In this document: positions 1 through 9,528 of the stretch, piece by piece
Layout: each line of letters begins with the position of its first letter
Numbering within the stretch: position 1 is the first letter of the stretch
Assembly (NCBI RefSeq): GCF_006345805.1
Contig: NW_021823679.1
Location: 1-21,553 of the forward strand
From: Octopus sinensis
Lineage: Eukaryota
Reading direction: 5' to 3'
Length of the DNA stretch: 21,553 nt
Notes under the pieces: generated by a model
What the model was told of the DNA's origin: nothing
Database searches by the model: none
Seen by the model: the letters and a program-made list of their open reading frames with translations, nothing else
Translations under genes and position numbers: made by a program

Positions 1-30
1 GTGGTTATGAAGTTGACATCGATGGCAATA

Positions 31-105
31 TGACGACGACGATGACGGTGTTTATGATGATGGCGGCGGTGGCGGCGGCGGTGGCGGCGGCGGCGGCGGT
101 GGTGA
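31..105. repeat. compound (GAC/GAT)n-(GGC/GGT)n trinucleotide microsatellite
   Basis: Directly visible; explains the poly-Ala/Thr ORFs at 5-212. Confidence 0.85.
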
Positions 106-191
106 TGTTTCTGATAGCAATAGTGTTAGTTAAAGGGATGAAGATGATCGGGTGTGGGCGCGGGGGGTGGGGGTGGAGAAGTAGCCATATT

Positions 192-314
192 AAATCGACT
201 TCCAATACTTGATTAGTACTTTATTTTTATGAATCCCAGAAGAATGGAAAGTGAAGTTTACCTCAGTGGGATTTTGAACACAGAACGGATTGAACCGTAA
301 CCAAATACCACAAG
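192..314 (-). mobile_element. degenerate copy of SINE family B (tRNA-derived)
   Basis: Aligns by eye with 12231-12345 (atcgac..agtactt.attt.at..a.ccc.gaag.atg.aa...aagt..acctc.gtgg.atttgaac.cagaacg). Confidence 0.55.
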
Positions 315-453
315 TCGTTATGCTCCCCCACCCCACCCCACCACACCTCAATGACTTCTTATTTTCATATTTTCGGGATTATCTTTTCCGCAGATTTCGT
401 TATACAATGATTTGGCCATGATGTCATGCTTCACTGGGAAATGAAATCTGGAT

Positions 454-680
454 ACTCTCTTTACTCCCTTTTTACTTGTTTCAGTCATTTGACTGCGGCC
501 ATGCTGGAGCACCGCCTTTTAGTCGAGCAACTCGACCCCGGGACTTATTCTTTTGTAAGCCCAGTACTTATTCTATCGGTCTCTTTTGCCGAACCGCTAA
601 GTAACGGGGACGTAAGCACACCAGCATCGGTTGTCAAGCAATGTTGGGGGGACAAACACAGACACACAAACACACACACA

Positions 681-715
<35 letters not shown>

Positions 716-877
716 GACGGGCTTCTTTCAGTTTCTGTCTACCAAATCCACTCACAAGGCTTTGGTCGGCCCTAGGCTATAGTAGAAGACACTTGCTCAA
801 GGTGCCACGCAGTGGGACTGAACCCGGAACCATGTGGTTGGTAAACAAGCTACTTACCACACAGCCACTCCTGCGCC
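454..877 (-). mobile_element. full-length tRNA-derived SINE, family A (CORE-like), with internal (TA)n/(TG)n and (GAGTAAA)-like tail
   Basis: Minus strand begins GGCGCAGGAGTGGCTGTGTGGTAAG (A box), GGTTCAGTCCC (B box), then CORE-like ACCTTGAGCAAGTGTCTTCTAC. Near-identical second copy at 6587-7087. Possible short TSD TGGAT at 449-453 and 878-882. Confidence 0.9.
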
Positions 878-985
878 TGGATGTCTATCTAAGCATGACT
901 CCAAGTTTTGTTTAAATAGACATGACTCCGCGAACAACAACACATTACAAAATGATGAATAACATCATACCTATATAATTTCTGT

Positions 986-1146
986 GGAGGCGCGTGGCTT
1001 AGTGGTTAGGGTGTCCGCATCATGATCGTAAGATTATGGTTTCGATTCCTGGACCGGGCGACGCGTTGTGTTCTTGAGCTGAACACTTCATTTCACGTAG
1101 CTCCAGTCCACTCAGCAGGCAAAATGAGTAACGCTGCGATGAACTG
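986..1146 (+). mobile_element. tRNA-derived SINE, family C (V-SINE-like), 3' truncated
   Basis: A box TGGCTTAGTGG, B box GGTTTCGATTCC, then TTGTGTTCTTGAGC..ACACTT..CTCCAGTCCACTCAGC..AAATGAGTA..CTGCGATG, resembling the V-SINE central domain (recalled, not searched). Confidence 0.7.
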
Positions 1147-1272
1147 CTTACCAACCACTTGGTTCCTGGTTCCGTCCCACTGCGTGGCATCTTCAGCAAG
1201 TGTCTTCTACTATAACCTCAGGCCGACCAAAGCCTTGTGAGTGAAAGAAGCCCGTCGTATATATGTATGTGT
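1147..1272 (+). mobile_element. 5'-truncated family A SINE fragment, inverted relative to 454-877
   Basis: CTTACCAACCACTTGGTTCCTGGTTCCGTCCCACTGCGTGGCATCTT..GCCGACCAAAGCCTTGTGAGTG..AAAGAAGCCCGTCGTAT matches the reverse complement of 712-848, with a ~20-bp deletion. Confidence 0.85.
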
Positions 1273-1442
<170 letters not shown>

Positions 1443-1507
1443 CGACATATAGGTCGATCGACGCATAAATCATACGTCTGTACTTACACACATATGTGTA
1501 TGTAATG

Positions 1508-1674
1508 TACAACGGGCTTCCTCACAGTTTCCTTCAACTAAATTCAGTAAGAAAGTATAGGTCGGCCCGGGGCTATAGCAGAAAATGCTGACCCAAGGAG
1601 CCGCGCAGCGAATTGAACTCCAAACCACCGTAGTTGCAAAGCCTGTTTCTTAATCATATAGCCATGCCTGCATC
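1508..1674 (-). mobile_element. diverged family A SINE head
   Basis: acaacgggcttc..cagtttc..ggtcggcccggggctatagcagaa..cccaagg.gccgcgcag..tgaac..agcca.gcctgc aligns with 714-877. Confidence 0.75.
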
Positions 1675-1891
1675 CCTGGAAAAGAAAAAGAAAAAAAAAA
1701 AAAACAGCATGACCATGGTTAACGCTTTTCTATTCGTTGGTCTGATTGATTAGGGTTTGCCTAGGGTTAAACAAAAACAACGTCAATGAGAGCTTTGAAA
1801 CAAAATGTCATTTTTTTTTATAGCTGCGCAAGAATCACAATTTGGTCAGAATCTAACAGAAATAAAATAACAAAACTAGAAATAAAATAAA

Positions 1892-2140
1892 GAATCAATC
1901 GACCTCCTCATTTCCGGCTACCCATTTTCTCTAAGCTAGAAATGTATCCATAGACATGACCGGGTAGATGGCAACTGCATCCAGTGGGCAGACGCTTCTA
2001 CATCAAAAACTGGAAATAGATGTTATAAGCACGCACCAGATCCGGTGAAATGTGGCAAAGACTTGGCTACAGTTTTGTGAGACGTGTCTGTTCTGACTAA
2101 CAATGAGATCAAAGACAACCACCCCGAATATCATTATAAA
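1892..2140 (+). mobile_element. decayed Dong/R4-clade non-LTR retrotransposon fragment (end of CCHC knuckle to start of restriction-like endonuclease)
   Basis: Frameshifted translation ESIDLLISGYP / KCIHRHDRV / KTGNRCYKHAPDPVKCGKDLATVL*DVSVLTNNEIKDNHP / IIIK matches the R4-type pattern ETIxHIISGC..Y..RHD.V..WY.H.P..V..ILWD..I.TD..I..NRPDII. Confidence 0.75.
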
Positions 2141-2390
2141 AATGGGGAAGAAAACAAAAAGAAAAAAAAGGGAAAGAAAAGGATAGAAAAAGAGGGGAGA
2201 GAGAGGTCAGAACGTCGCTCGGGGGGTATTGAAAAACTATTAATAAATATGTACAAGGACCTTGGGATAAAAATGAGGTAGGTTATGAGTTTAAAAATGA
2301 TGATAATAATAATTGGAGCAACCGGGTATAATAAAGGAGAATACGAAGAACAACATAATCGCCACACCCGGGATCATAAATTTATGCACC

Positions 2391-2468
2391 GGGGTCTTTA
2401 AGTGGTCGCTCGGATTGCTAGAAACAACAGCTAAATTCCTCTCAGATCGTCTCCTGTGTCTTAGAAAT
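2391..2468 (+). mobile_element. solo arm related to the MITE-like terminal repeat at 3918/4323
   Basis: tggtcgctcggattgctagaaacaacagctaaattcctctcagatc..tcttagaaa resembles tgatcatttgacctgttggaaatagtaaccaaatc..tcttaaaa (3931-3999). Confidence 0.45.
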
Positions 2469-2718
2469 GAAGAAAAAACAAAAAGGAAAAAGAAGAAAAC
2501 TGACATTTTGGAATAACGCATTTTGGAAGTGCATAATAAATATTGGAGATCTATGCCCGAAAATTCCCTCCCCACTCAAAAAAAAAAAAAAGAAACCAAA
2601 ATGACGGGAGGGTCATCACAGGGGCGCTTTTGACCATATTATTAAAAACTGAAACTCTTGGTCTATGGTGAATAACAAATGACATGAAAGCCTACGTCAT
2701 TATAAGAATGCAATTTAG

Positions 2719-2780
2719 AGCGTTAATCGAGGTGTACTGACAAACCAAAAGCGTTAATCGAGGTATAGACAAAACAAAAG
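2719..2780. repeat. two-copy ~31-bp tandem duplication
   Basis: AGCGTTAATCGAGGT(G/A)TA..GACAAA.CAAAA starting at 2719 and 2750. Confidence 0.8.
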
Positions 2781-2838
2781 CCTATCGAACGAAGCCGTGG
2801 TTTGGATTTCATGCTTTTCTGTTTACCTTTGAATAAAC

Positions 2839-3080
2839 GCGCACACACACACACGTACATTCACACATACATAAACACACATACCTACACACCCACGCAC
2901 ACATATTTATGAGTGTGCGTACGTGAGTGTATGTACATGTATGTATGTATGTAAGTATGCATGCATGTATTTGTGTGTGTATGTGTATGTAAGTGTATGT
3001 GTATGTAAGCATATGTATGTATGCATGCATATGTATATCTATCTATCTATCTATCTATCTTTCTATCTATCTATCTCTAT
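2839..3080. repeat. mixed (CA)n/(TATG)n/(TATC)n simple repeat
   Basis: Directly visible. Confidence 0.85.
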
Positions 3081-3173
3081 AAACTTAAATAATTGTTAAA
3101 CAGGATAGTAAACATTAAGGCAAGGTAAACATCCCAAGTCGTATGCAATATTATTGTAGGAAGAAATTCAAAA

Positions 3174-3229
3174 ATCTTACAGCTGTTTCTGAGATATCCC
3201 CGAGTACAGGATATTCCGTCATCAGAGAC
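3174..3229 (-). ncRNA. minimal type I hammerhead ribozyme motif (Penelope-like element type), family H1
   Basis: Minus strand: GTCT | CTGATGA | C-GGAATATCCT..GGGATATCTC-A (stem II) | GAAA | CAGCTG (palindromic stem III) | TA | AGAT (pairs with GTCT). Core CUGAnGA, GAAA and GUA site are intact. Confidence 0.8.
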
Positions 3230-3524
3230 AAGTAGGGGGAAAATATGGTAAATGAGAATGGTATATATTAATGTGATGACAACATAGAGGAAAAGAGTAG
3301 AAGAATAAGGAGATTAAAAGAAAGATAAAACATAGAAAAAGTTTCAGGTATGGTAGAGAGAAAGAGGGGCACAGAAAGAGGAATGTGAGAGAAAGGGGTA
3401 GAGTGAGAGAGTGAGAGAGAGAGAGAGAGTGAGAGAATGTGAGAGAGACAGAGTGATATATATGCGTGTATATATATATACACACGAGAGGTATAGGTAT
3501 CGAACTCAAAAATGTTCTCACACC

Positions 3525-3572
3525 GTCTCTGACGAAGGCATATCCCTAATATCCCAGAAACAGCTGTAAGAC
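3525..3572 (+). ncRNA. minimal type I hammerhead ribozyme motif, family H1
   Basis: GTCT (3525-28) | CTGACGA (3529-35) | stem II GGCATAT/ATATCCC | GAAA (3557-60) | CAGCTG | TA | AGAC (3569-72, pairs with GTCT). Shares CAGAAACAGCTGTAAGA exactly with the minus-strand copy. Confidence 0.8.
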
Positions 3573-3629
3573 TATTTCCTTATAAATGTCCTGAAAACTC
3601 CTCACAGCCTTGGCTTTGTTATCTCATTC

Positions 3630-3632
<3 letters not shown>

Positions 3633-3660
<28 letters not shown>
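3633..3660. repeat. (AC)n microsatellite
   Basis: Directly visible. Confidence 0.95.
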
Positions 3661-3663
<3 letters not shown>

Positions 3664-3917
3664 CAAACATGTAAATATACGTATATATACTGTGACTTCA
3701 CCTCATTTGTATCGTTAACGCCCCCCGAGTAAAGCGGATTCGTTACATGTTCTTATTTTACGTTTTTATTAATGCTTGTCTCTAAATAAGAAATTAATAT
3801 TTATTTATTTTGCCAATGATGTAAAGTTAATTTGTTTGGTTTAATTAATTAGATTGAGGCTTACCAGCCAAATGAATCAACTGCCGCAGTATATTTCCGG
3901 CAGTTACTTTGAGTTAT

Positions 3918-4323
3918 GGGAGCCTCCACTTGATCATTTGACCTGTTGGAAATAGTAACCAAATCTTCATTAAAATACATCGTAAATCACTTCTTAAAAA
4001 GAAAAAAAGAAAGAAAAGAAAGGGATGAGATAGTAATTGAGGGAACGACTTTAATTAAGACCTACTTAATCAAGGCTGAATTGTAGGTAAGGAGGAAGGT
4101 TTAAAAACAATTTTATTCTGAAGCCGAAATGAATACTGTTGTTCTTGTGTAGTTTCCTTGAGCTTTGATAAAAAGGCATTCCACTCGTGACTACCCGTTT
4201 TTTTTTTCTTAAAATAGTGTATCTATTTAAGTCCTTCCTTTTATCTTTCATGAATGTAAGGTGTGATCTGATGGAAATTTTGTTGCTATTTTTAGCAGGT
4301 TAAGCGACGGCGGAGTGACTCCC
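3918..4323. mobile_element. old MITE-like element with degenerate ~65-bp terminal inverted repeats
   Basis: Left GGGAGCCTCCACTTGATCATTTGACCTGTTGGAAATAGTAACCAAATCTTCAT versus reverse complement of right end GGGAGTCACTCCGCCGTCGCTTAACCTGCTAAAAATAGCAACAAAATTTCCAT; no coding interior. Confidence 0.6.
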
Positions 4324-4862
4324 TCATTGACTGAAAGAGATAAAATCTGCTTTGTGGTACTCTGGGAATCTCTGAAACGAAAAGGTTTAAATTAATTGAA
4401 GAAATCAATATTGGATATTGGAACTTTCTTAGACTGTGTCGGAATATTTTAAAATTTTTGTTTAGTTTTTACATATTTTGTTTTGTTTCTTCATTTTCTG
4501 TCTTTTCTTTCTGTTTTATTTTTGGTTTAGAAATAGTTGCAGAAGTCAGAATTCTTCAAGAATATTTTATTCATTGATTCTTTTTCAAAATTCTTAAAAT
4601 TGTATAATTGAGGACAATTCAGTAGATTCCAAGAAACGGGTCAAGAGAACCTAAATGGAGTTGAAAAGACAAAAACAATAAAAAAAAGAAAGAAAGAAAG
4701 AAAGAAAAAAGAAGATAATGTTTGGTTCCATCTTTTGTAAAACAGACGTCCATATTGAGTGGATACCAGGTGAAATAACACGTGTAATTGTCTAAAACAC
4801 ATCTGCTCCCCGTCTTGAAATCTATTTAAATAAAGGTTTAGCTTTTTATTTTTTGACTTTTT

Positions 4863-4889
4863 ACACACACACACACACACAGACACACA

Positions 4890-4961
<72 letters not shown>

Positions 4962-4962
4962 G
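4863..4962. repeat. (AC)n microsatellite
   Basis: Directly visible. Confidence 0.95.
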
Positions 4963-5310
4963 CACAGAGCAACAAACACAGACCAGACAACGATACAAAT
5001 GCATACGCACACAAAAAGAGAGAGGGAGGCAGAGCAAAAGACGCACACATACGCGCACAAGCATACATAGGCACATGCGAAGACACACTCAAACGTACAT
5101 GCATATCTGCTATTAATTATTTTGCTTTTGATTTAGACGTTTCTCCAGATACTCGCAGATAATTCATAGAGCTCAGCCAATACTGTCCTCACTGAACTGC
5201 CGACGCTAGATGTCATATCATACAGTGGCTTATAAATAACCAAGGCTAGAGAGTACACAGGCACCGAACTAGCATTTAATGTTTTATATGTATGTATACG
5301 TCGATTATTA

Positions 5311-5470
5311 CTACCGTTTCTTTACGGCTTGATTTGAGACACGTCCGATGGAAACTTTGTCTTTCACACTTCCGGGGGTCAATAAAAACTCCCAATAAAA
5401 CGCTTGCGTAATTTAACGATTATACAACAACAGAAATAATGCGTGATCTTGTGAACTCTGCTATAAACGA
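5311..5470 (+). mobile_element. highly degenerate family B SINE copy
   Basis: aactttgtctttcacacttccgggggtcaataaaa matches the family B central block GACTTTGCCTTTCATCCTTTCGGGGTCGATAAA. Confidence 0.4.
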
Positions 5471-5475
5471 CCGAG

Positions 5476-5642
5476 TGTGATGCATTGGCCGAATCGTTAG
5501 AGTGTCGGGGAAAATATCCGGTATTTCTTCCGGGTTTTCACATCCTGAGTTCAAATCACGCCGAGGTCAACTTTGTCACTTTGTCTTTTATCCCCCCGGA
5601 GTCGAGAAAATGATGAAAGAATACACCAGTCGCGTACTAGGG
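5476..5642 (+). mobile_element. family B SINE copy
   Basis: TGGCCGAATCGTTAG (A-box region), CTGAGTTCAAATC (B box), GAGGTCAACTTTGTC..CCGGAGTCGAGAAAAT..ACCAGT. Confidence 0.7.
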
Positions 5643-5650
5643 ACGAAATA

Positions 5651-5837
5651 GGAAAATTATTAGCGTGTCGGTCAAAATGTAGGGCGGTATCTCTTCTGGC
5701 TTTTTAAAGTTCTGAGTTCGAATTTCGCCAACATAGACTTTGCTTTTCATCTTTTGCAGTTGAGTACAGGTAATCGACTAATCACTAATCTATCTCACTT
5801 AAAAATTCTGGCCTTGTGCCGGAATTTGAAACAATTA
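5651..5837 (+). mobile_element. family B SINE copy
   Basis: TTAGCGTGTCGG..GCGGTAT..GTTCTGAGTTCGAATT..GACTTTGCTTTTCATC..tail GGCCTTGTGCCGGAATTTGAAAC. Confidence 0.7.
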
Positions 5838-5930
5838 AAGGGCGGTGAGCTGGCAGAATCGTTAGCACCCGGGCAAAATGCTTCGCGACATTCCGTCTTC
5901 CTTTACGTTCCGGGTTCAAATTCTGCCGGG
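5838..5930 (+). mobile_element. family B SINE head (A and B box) fused directly to minisatellite array 1
   Basis: GGCGGTGAGCTGGCAGAATCGTTAGCACCCGGGCAAAATGCTT..TACGTTCCGGGTTCAAATTCTGCCG, then the array begins. Confidence 0.8.
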
Positions 5931-6249
5931 ATCTCATTTGGCGAACCGCTACGTCATTTTATCGAATTCGTTTGGCGTACCGCTAAGTTATTCTATCGAT
6001 CGTTTTTGGCGAACGGCTAAATTATTCTATCACTATCATTTGGCGAACCGCTAAGTCATTATATCGCTATCGTTTGGCGAACCGCTAAGTCATTATATCG
6101 ATATCGTTTGGCGAACCGCTAAGTTATTCTATCGATCTCGTTTGGTGAACCGCTAAGTTATTCTATCGGTTACATTTGGTGAATCGCTAAATTATTCTAT
6201 CAATCTCATTTGGTGAACCGCTAAGTTATTCTACTGGTTTCATTTGGCG
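5931..6249 (+). repeat. 34-bp minisatellite array 1 (~9.4 units)
   Basis: TTTGG recurs at 5937, 5971, 6005, 6039, 6073, 6107, 6141, 6175, 6209, 6243 (strict 34-bp period); consensus TTATTCTATCGATCTCATTTGGCGAACCGCTAAG. Confidence 0.95.
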
Positions 6250-6533
6250 GGACTGTGCACAAGCCATTAGTCAGACAAAAAAGGAGGCAGAAGAAAGCAA
6301 AAAACTCGAATTTGGCCGCAAAATAACCTATGGGCATAAGGGGTCGGTTTATCGATTCTTTTAATGGCTTTCTGGGGTGACTGGGGAAATGAAAAGATCT
6401 TCACGACAACCCTCAGACAGTTTTGAAAGCCCATAGAAAATGAGAGCCTTTTACGTGAAAAACTGTGGATTTGTATAAAGGATACACATACACACAGATA
6501 CACAGACATTTTGCCGTTTATATATATAGAGAT
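6250..6533 (-). mobile_element. possible non-autonomous Helitron-like 5' terminal fragment
   Basis: Minus strand starts A|TCTCTATATATATAAACGGCAAAATGTCTGTGT.., resembling Helitron 5' TC termini followed by a short microsatellite; no 3' hairpin-CTAG end found. Confidence 0.35.
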
Positions 6534-6586
6534 ATCGAAAAAAATCCCTCATATACCAATATAGCATAAAGCTATATATTTAATGG

Positions 6587-6812
6587 TACTCTTTTACTCT
6601 TTTACTCTTTTACTCGTTTCAGTCATTTCACTGCGGCCATGCTGGAGCACCGCCTTTAGTCGGGCAAATCGACCCCGGGACTTATTCTTTGTAAGCCCAG
6701 TACTTATTCTATCGGTCTCTTTTGCCGAACCGCTAAGTGACGGGGACGTAAACATACCAGCACCGGTTGTCATGCAATGCTAGGGAGACAAACACAGACA
6801 CACAAACACACG

Positions 6813-6878
<66 letters not shown>

Positions 6879-7087
6879 ATATATAGATAGATAGATAGAT
6901 AGATATATATATATATATACATATATACGACAGGCTTCTTTCAGTTTCTGTCTACCAAATCCACTCACAAGGCATTTGTCGGCCCGGGGCTATAGCAGAA
7001 GACACTTGCCCAAGATGCCACGCAGTCGGACTGAACCCGGAACCATGTGGTTGGTAATCAAGCTACTTACCACACAGCCACTCCTGC
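6587..7087 (-). mobile_element. near full-length family A SINE, second copy
   Basis: Collinear with and highly similar to 454-877; longer internal (TA)n/(GATA)n; (TACTCTTT)x3 tail. Confidence 0.9.
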
Positions 7088-7454
7088 TGTATGATTAATA
7101 TAACTTTAATTCTTTAGCGTATATAATGTTATTTTTTAGGCCTGCAGAATGTGTTCCTGGATTCTCGGAACTTCCCAGTTGAGAGACACCAAAACCATTA
7201 TCCTTCTCTTCTCCACTTTTTCCCGACCCCCACCTTGAATACTGTTGTTCACTGTGGTCTCCCCACGCGAAACAAAGTTAGCTATCTACATACATACGTG
7301 TGTGTGTGTGTGTGTTTGTGTTCTCTTTTCTTATTTGGCCAAAGACCAACCAAAAAGAGCTGAAACGTTGTCGCCTGGCAACATCAGAATAGTGATAGAC
7401 TAAATACCTTACGGTAGTTATGTCCCTTTGATTTCTGATTTCCACTTCATTTAT

Positions 7455-7552
7455 TTTTTAACCCGAGGTAGATAAAATAACTAACAGTCAAGTACTGGGG
7501 TCGATATAAGCAGGCGTATCTCTACATACCTTATATGTAACCTTGTGCCTGC
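7455..7552 (+). mobile_element. degenerate 3' half of family B SINE
   Basis: ccgaggtagataaaataa..cagtcaagtactggggtcgatataa..ccttgtgcct. Confidence 0.55.
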
Positions 7553-8989
7553 TTTACACTAGACATCCTTATTATAATAATTGTTCCTGTCATTCTTTTT
7601 ATTGTTGTTTTTGTGTCGTGCTTATACATCTGTCGCAATATAAACACCAAAAATAATAAGAACAAAACAAACAGTACCTCTATCTAAAAGGCTGGTGGAT
7701 ATTCTAATATTCTACGTTGTCCTGCATTAGAAGCTGTCTCTTTTATCCTTTTCTCTATAATTGAATCCAGTCGATGTTTAAGTATCTTAGCATATACCAT
7801 GTGTACTCTCGAACTAAAGTGTAGAAAAACAGTTCCAATGCTAGGAAAACAAAATATATGATTGCGTTACGTAGTAGGAAAAAAAAAAAAAAACTCAAGC
7901 TTACACACATACAAGAAAAGACAATACAAAACAAAATTACACGTATCAGTTTAAGCTGTCCGCTTTCTATTTGCTCTCCAATTAATGCCACTGTCCATGC
8001 TATCCTTCTCGTTGAACCTCTTGGTCAGCTGTAGTCATCGTGATGAATCGAAAGTAAATGAGTTAAATCTCGTTCAAATAAACTGCCATTCCGGAACAGC
8101 AGTAAAAAAGATTAAAATAAAAATAAGCTGTAGATTTTTTAGAGCCCACACAGGCCTCTTAAAATATCTTACACTTGGGAATAACGAAATCCAAGAGATA
8201 ACTCGTAAAACTGGTAAAGATAACGAATTTAGTTGTGTGCTTCGAATTGTCGGTTATATTATATGAGTGAAAAATTGCAAATGGCGGCTTGGGGCTCAAA
8301 ACGAGGTCACCGAATCTTAAAATGATTGTAAATTTTAATACTCAGGAAATCTTAATTGTTAGTGCTAAATTTTAAACTATGTCACAGAATTTACGAAAAT
8401 ATCGACGGTGAGTTAGTTGCTACTAAATGACCCAGCTGTCTAAAATGATGGATTTTAAATACTTTCAGCGAATGGTAGTATCGTAATAAGTAATAACGGT
8501 AAATTTTGAATGGCATCCATCATTTGTTAAGAGTGTGGCTGCGAATATTAAAATGGTTCCAACTAGTCTTGGACGTCTTTACTTTGGTTTTACTAATGAC
8601 AACAATTCTAGGCTAGTCGAACTGTGTTCAATAAATATGCCTATAGCGAAATCATTGGAATAATTCCAAATTTATAAGATTGGCGTTTTTTTCTCATTTC
8701 TTCTTTTTTTTATGTTTTACGATTCTTAGACTACCAAGATTTAAGAATCATAAAATAGGTTGGCAAAGACCATAAACTACGTTGATTGGTTGAATCAGTG
8801 GACAATTCTTACTTCTTCACTTTCTGACACAAGGAAATTATCTTTACGGTTCCACTTTTATTTTCACCTTTAGTACAGTTAAAGAAAACACAGGAAGAAA
8901 TTAACAGATAATATTGACAGGAATCTTTTACAGACTCAGAAATTTGGCGAATTGACCGTAGTAATAGTAGTAGTGGTAGCAGCTACAAA

Positions 8990-9272
8990 TCTTGTCACAA
9001 GGCCAGCAGTTTTAGGAGTAGGGGAGGGGAGGGGGAAGGAGGGGAAGGAGAAGGAGGGGAAGGAGAAGGAGGAGAAGGAAAGGAAGGAGAAGGAGAGGAA
9101 GGGGAAGGAGGGGAAGGAGAAGGAGGGGAAGGAGGTGGAGGGGAAGAAGGAGGAGAGGAGAGGAAGGAAGAAGAAGAGGTTAGTTAGTTACATCTACCCA
9201 CGTACTTGACCAGTACTTTACTTTACCGACCCTGGTAGTATGAAAGGCAAAGTTGACCTCGACGGGATTTTA
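8990..9272 (-). mobile_element. family B SINE 3' part with expanded polypurine tract (9020-9179)
   Basis: cacaaggccagcagtttt [GGAAGGAG-type repeat] ..cagtacttt..accgaccc..tatgaaaggcaaagttgacctcgacgggattt is the reverse complement of the family B body and tail. Confidence 0.7.
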
Positions 9273-9346
9273 AAACAACGTATTGAGCGAGAAAACTTTC
9301 TGATAAAACACAAGGCCACTAATTTTGAGCGGGGAAGGGTCTATAC

Positions 9347-9528
9347 CAGCAATTCGCAACCGGGTCCCGTATAAGATTTTGCTGTTAAAATTAATCTGCA
9401 GTAACTTGGTTATACTTAGGCAATACACTAAATAGTTTAACTATTTTTAAAATACAATTTCTAATAATATTTGATTATAAAAATGTATTTTGATTTTTTA
9501 GACATCGGATGGCCAGGAGGGAAGGTCC
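9347..9528 (+). mobile_element. possible hAT/Charlie-type non-autonomous transposon left end, truncated by the LINE
   Basis: CAGCAATTCGCAACCGGG resembles the Charlie-type TIR CAGTGGTTCTCAACC; preceded by GTCTATAC (NTCTAGAN-like target). Second TIR not found. Confidence 0.4.

Noticed and set aside
426-915. 118-aa and 94-aa ORFs (similar peptide at 6583-6783)
   Set aside because: Antisense translations of the family A SINE; the recurrence reflects the repeat.
986-1070. tRNA gene
   Set aside because: A and B boxes are present but there is no convincing acceptor stem, and it runs into SINE body sequence.
4746-4769. 24-nt AG/GT-bounded micro-exon or RNase H-like peptide DVHIEWIPG
   Set aside because: Weak donor (GTGAAA), too short to separate from chance, and no supporting neighbouring motifs.
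5931-6249. CRISPR array interpretation of the 34-bp repeats (also 10168-10478 and 10977-11216)
   Set aside because: Units are contiguous with no unique spacers, derive from a SINE segment, and there are no cas genes; the context is eukaryotic.
7335-7376. Possible further hammerhead (GAAACGTTGTC)
   Set aside because: No CTGAnGA core or stem II upstream.
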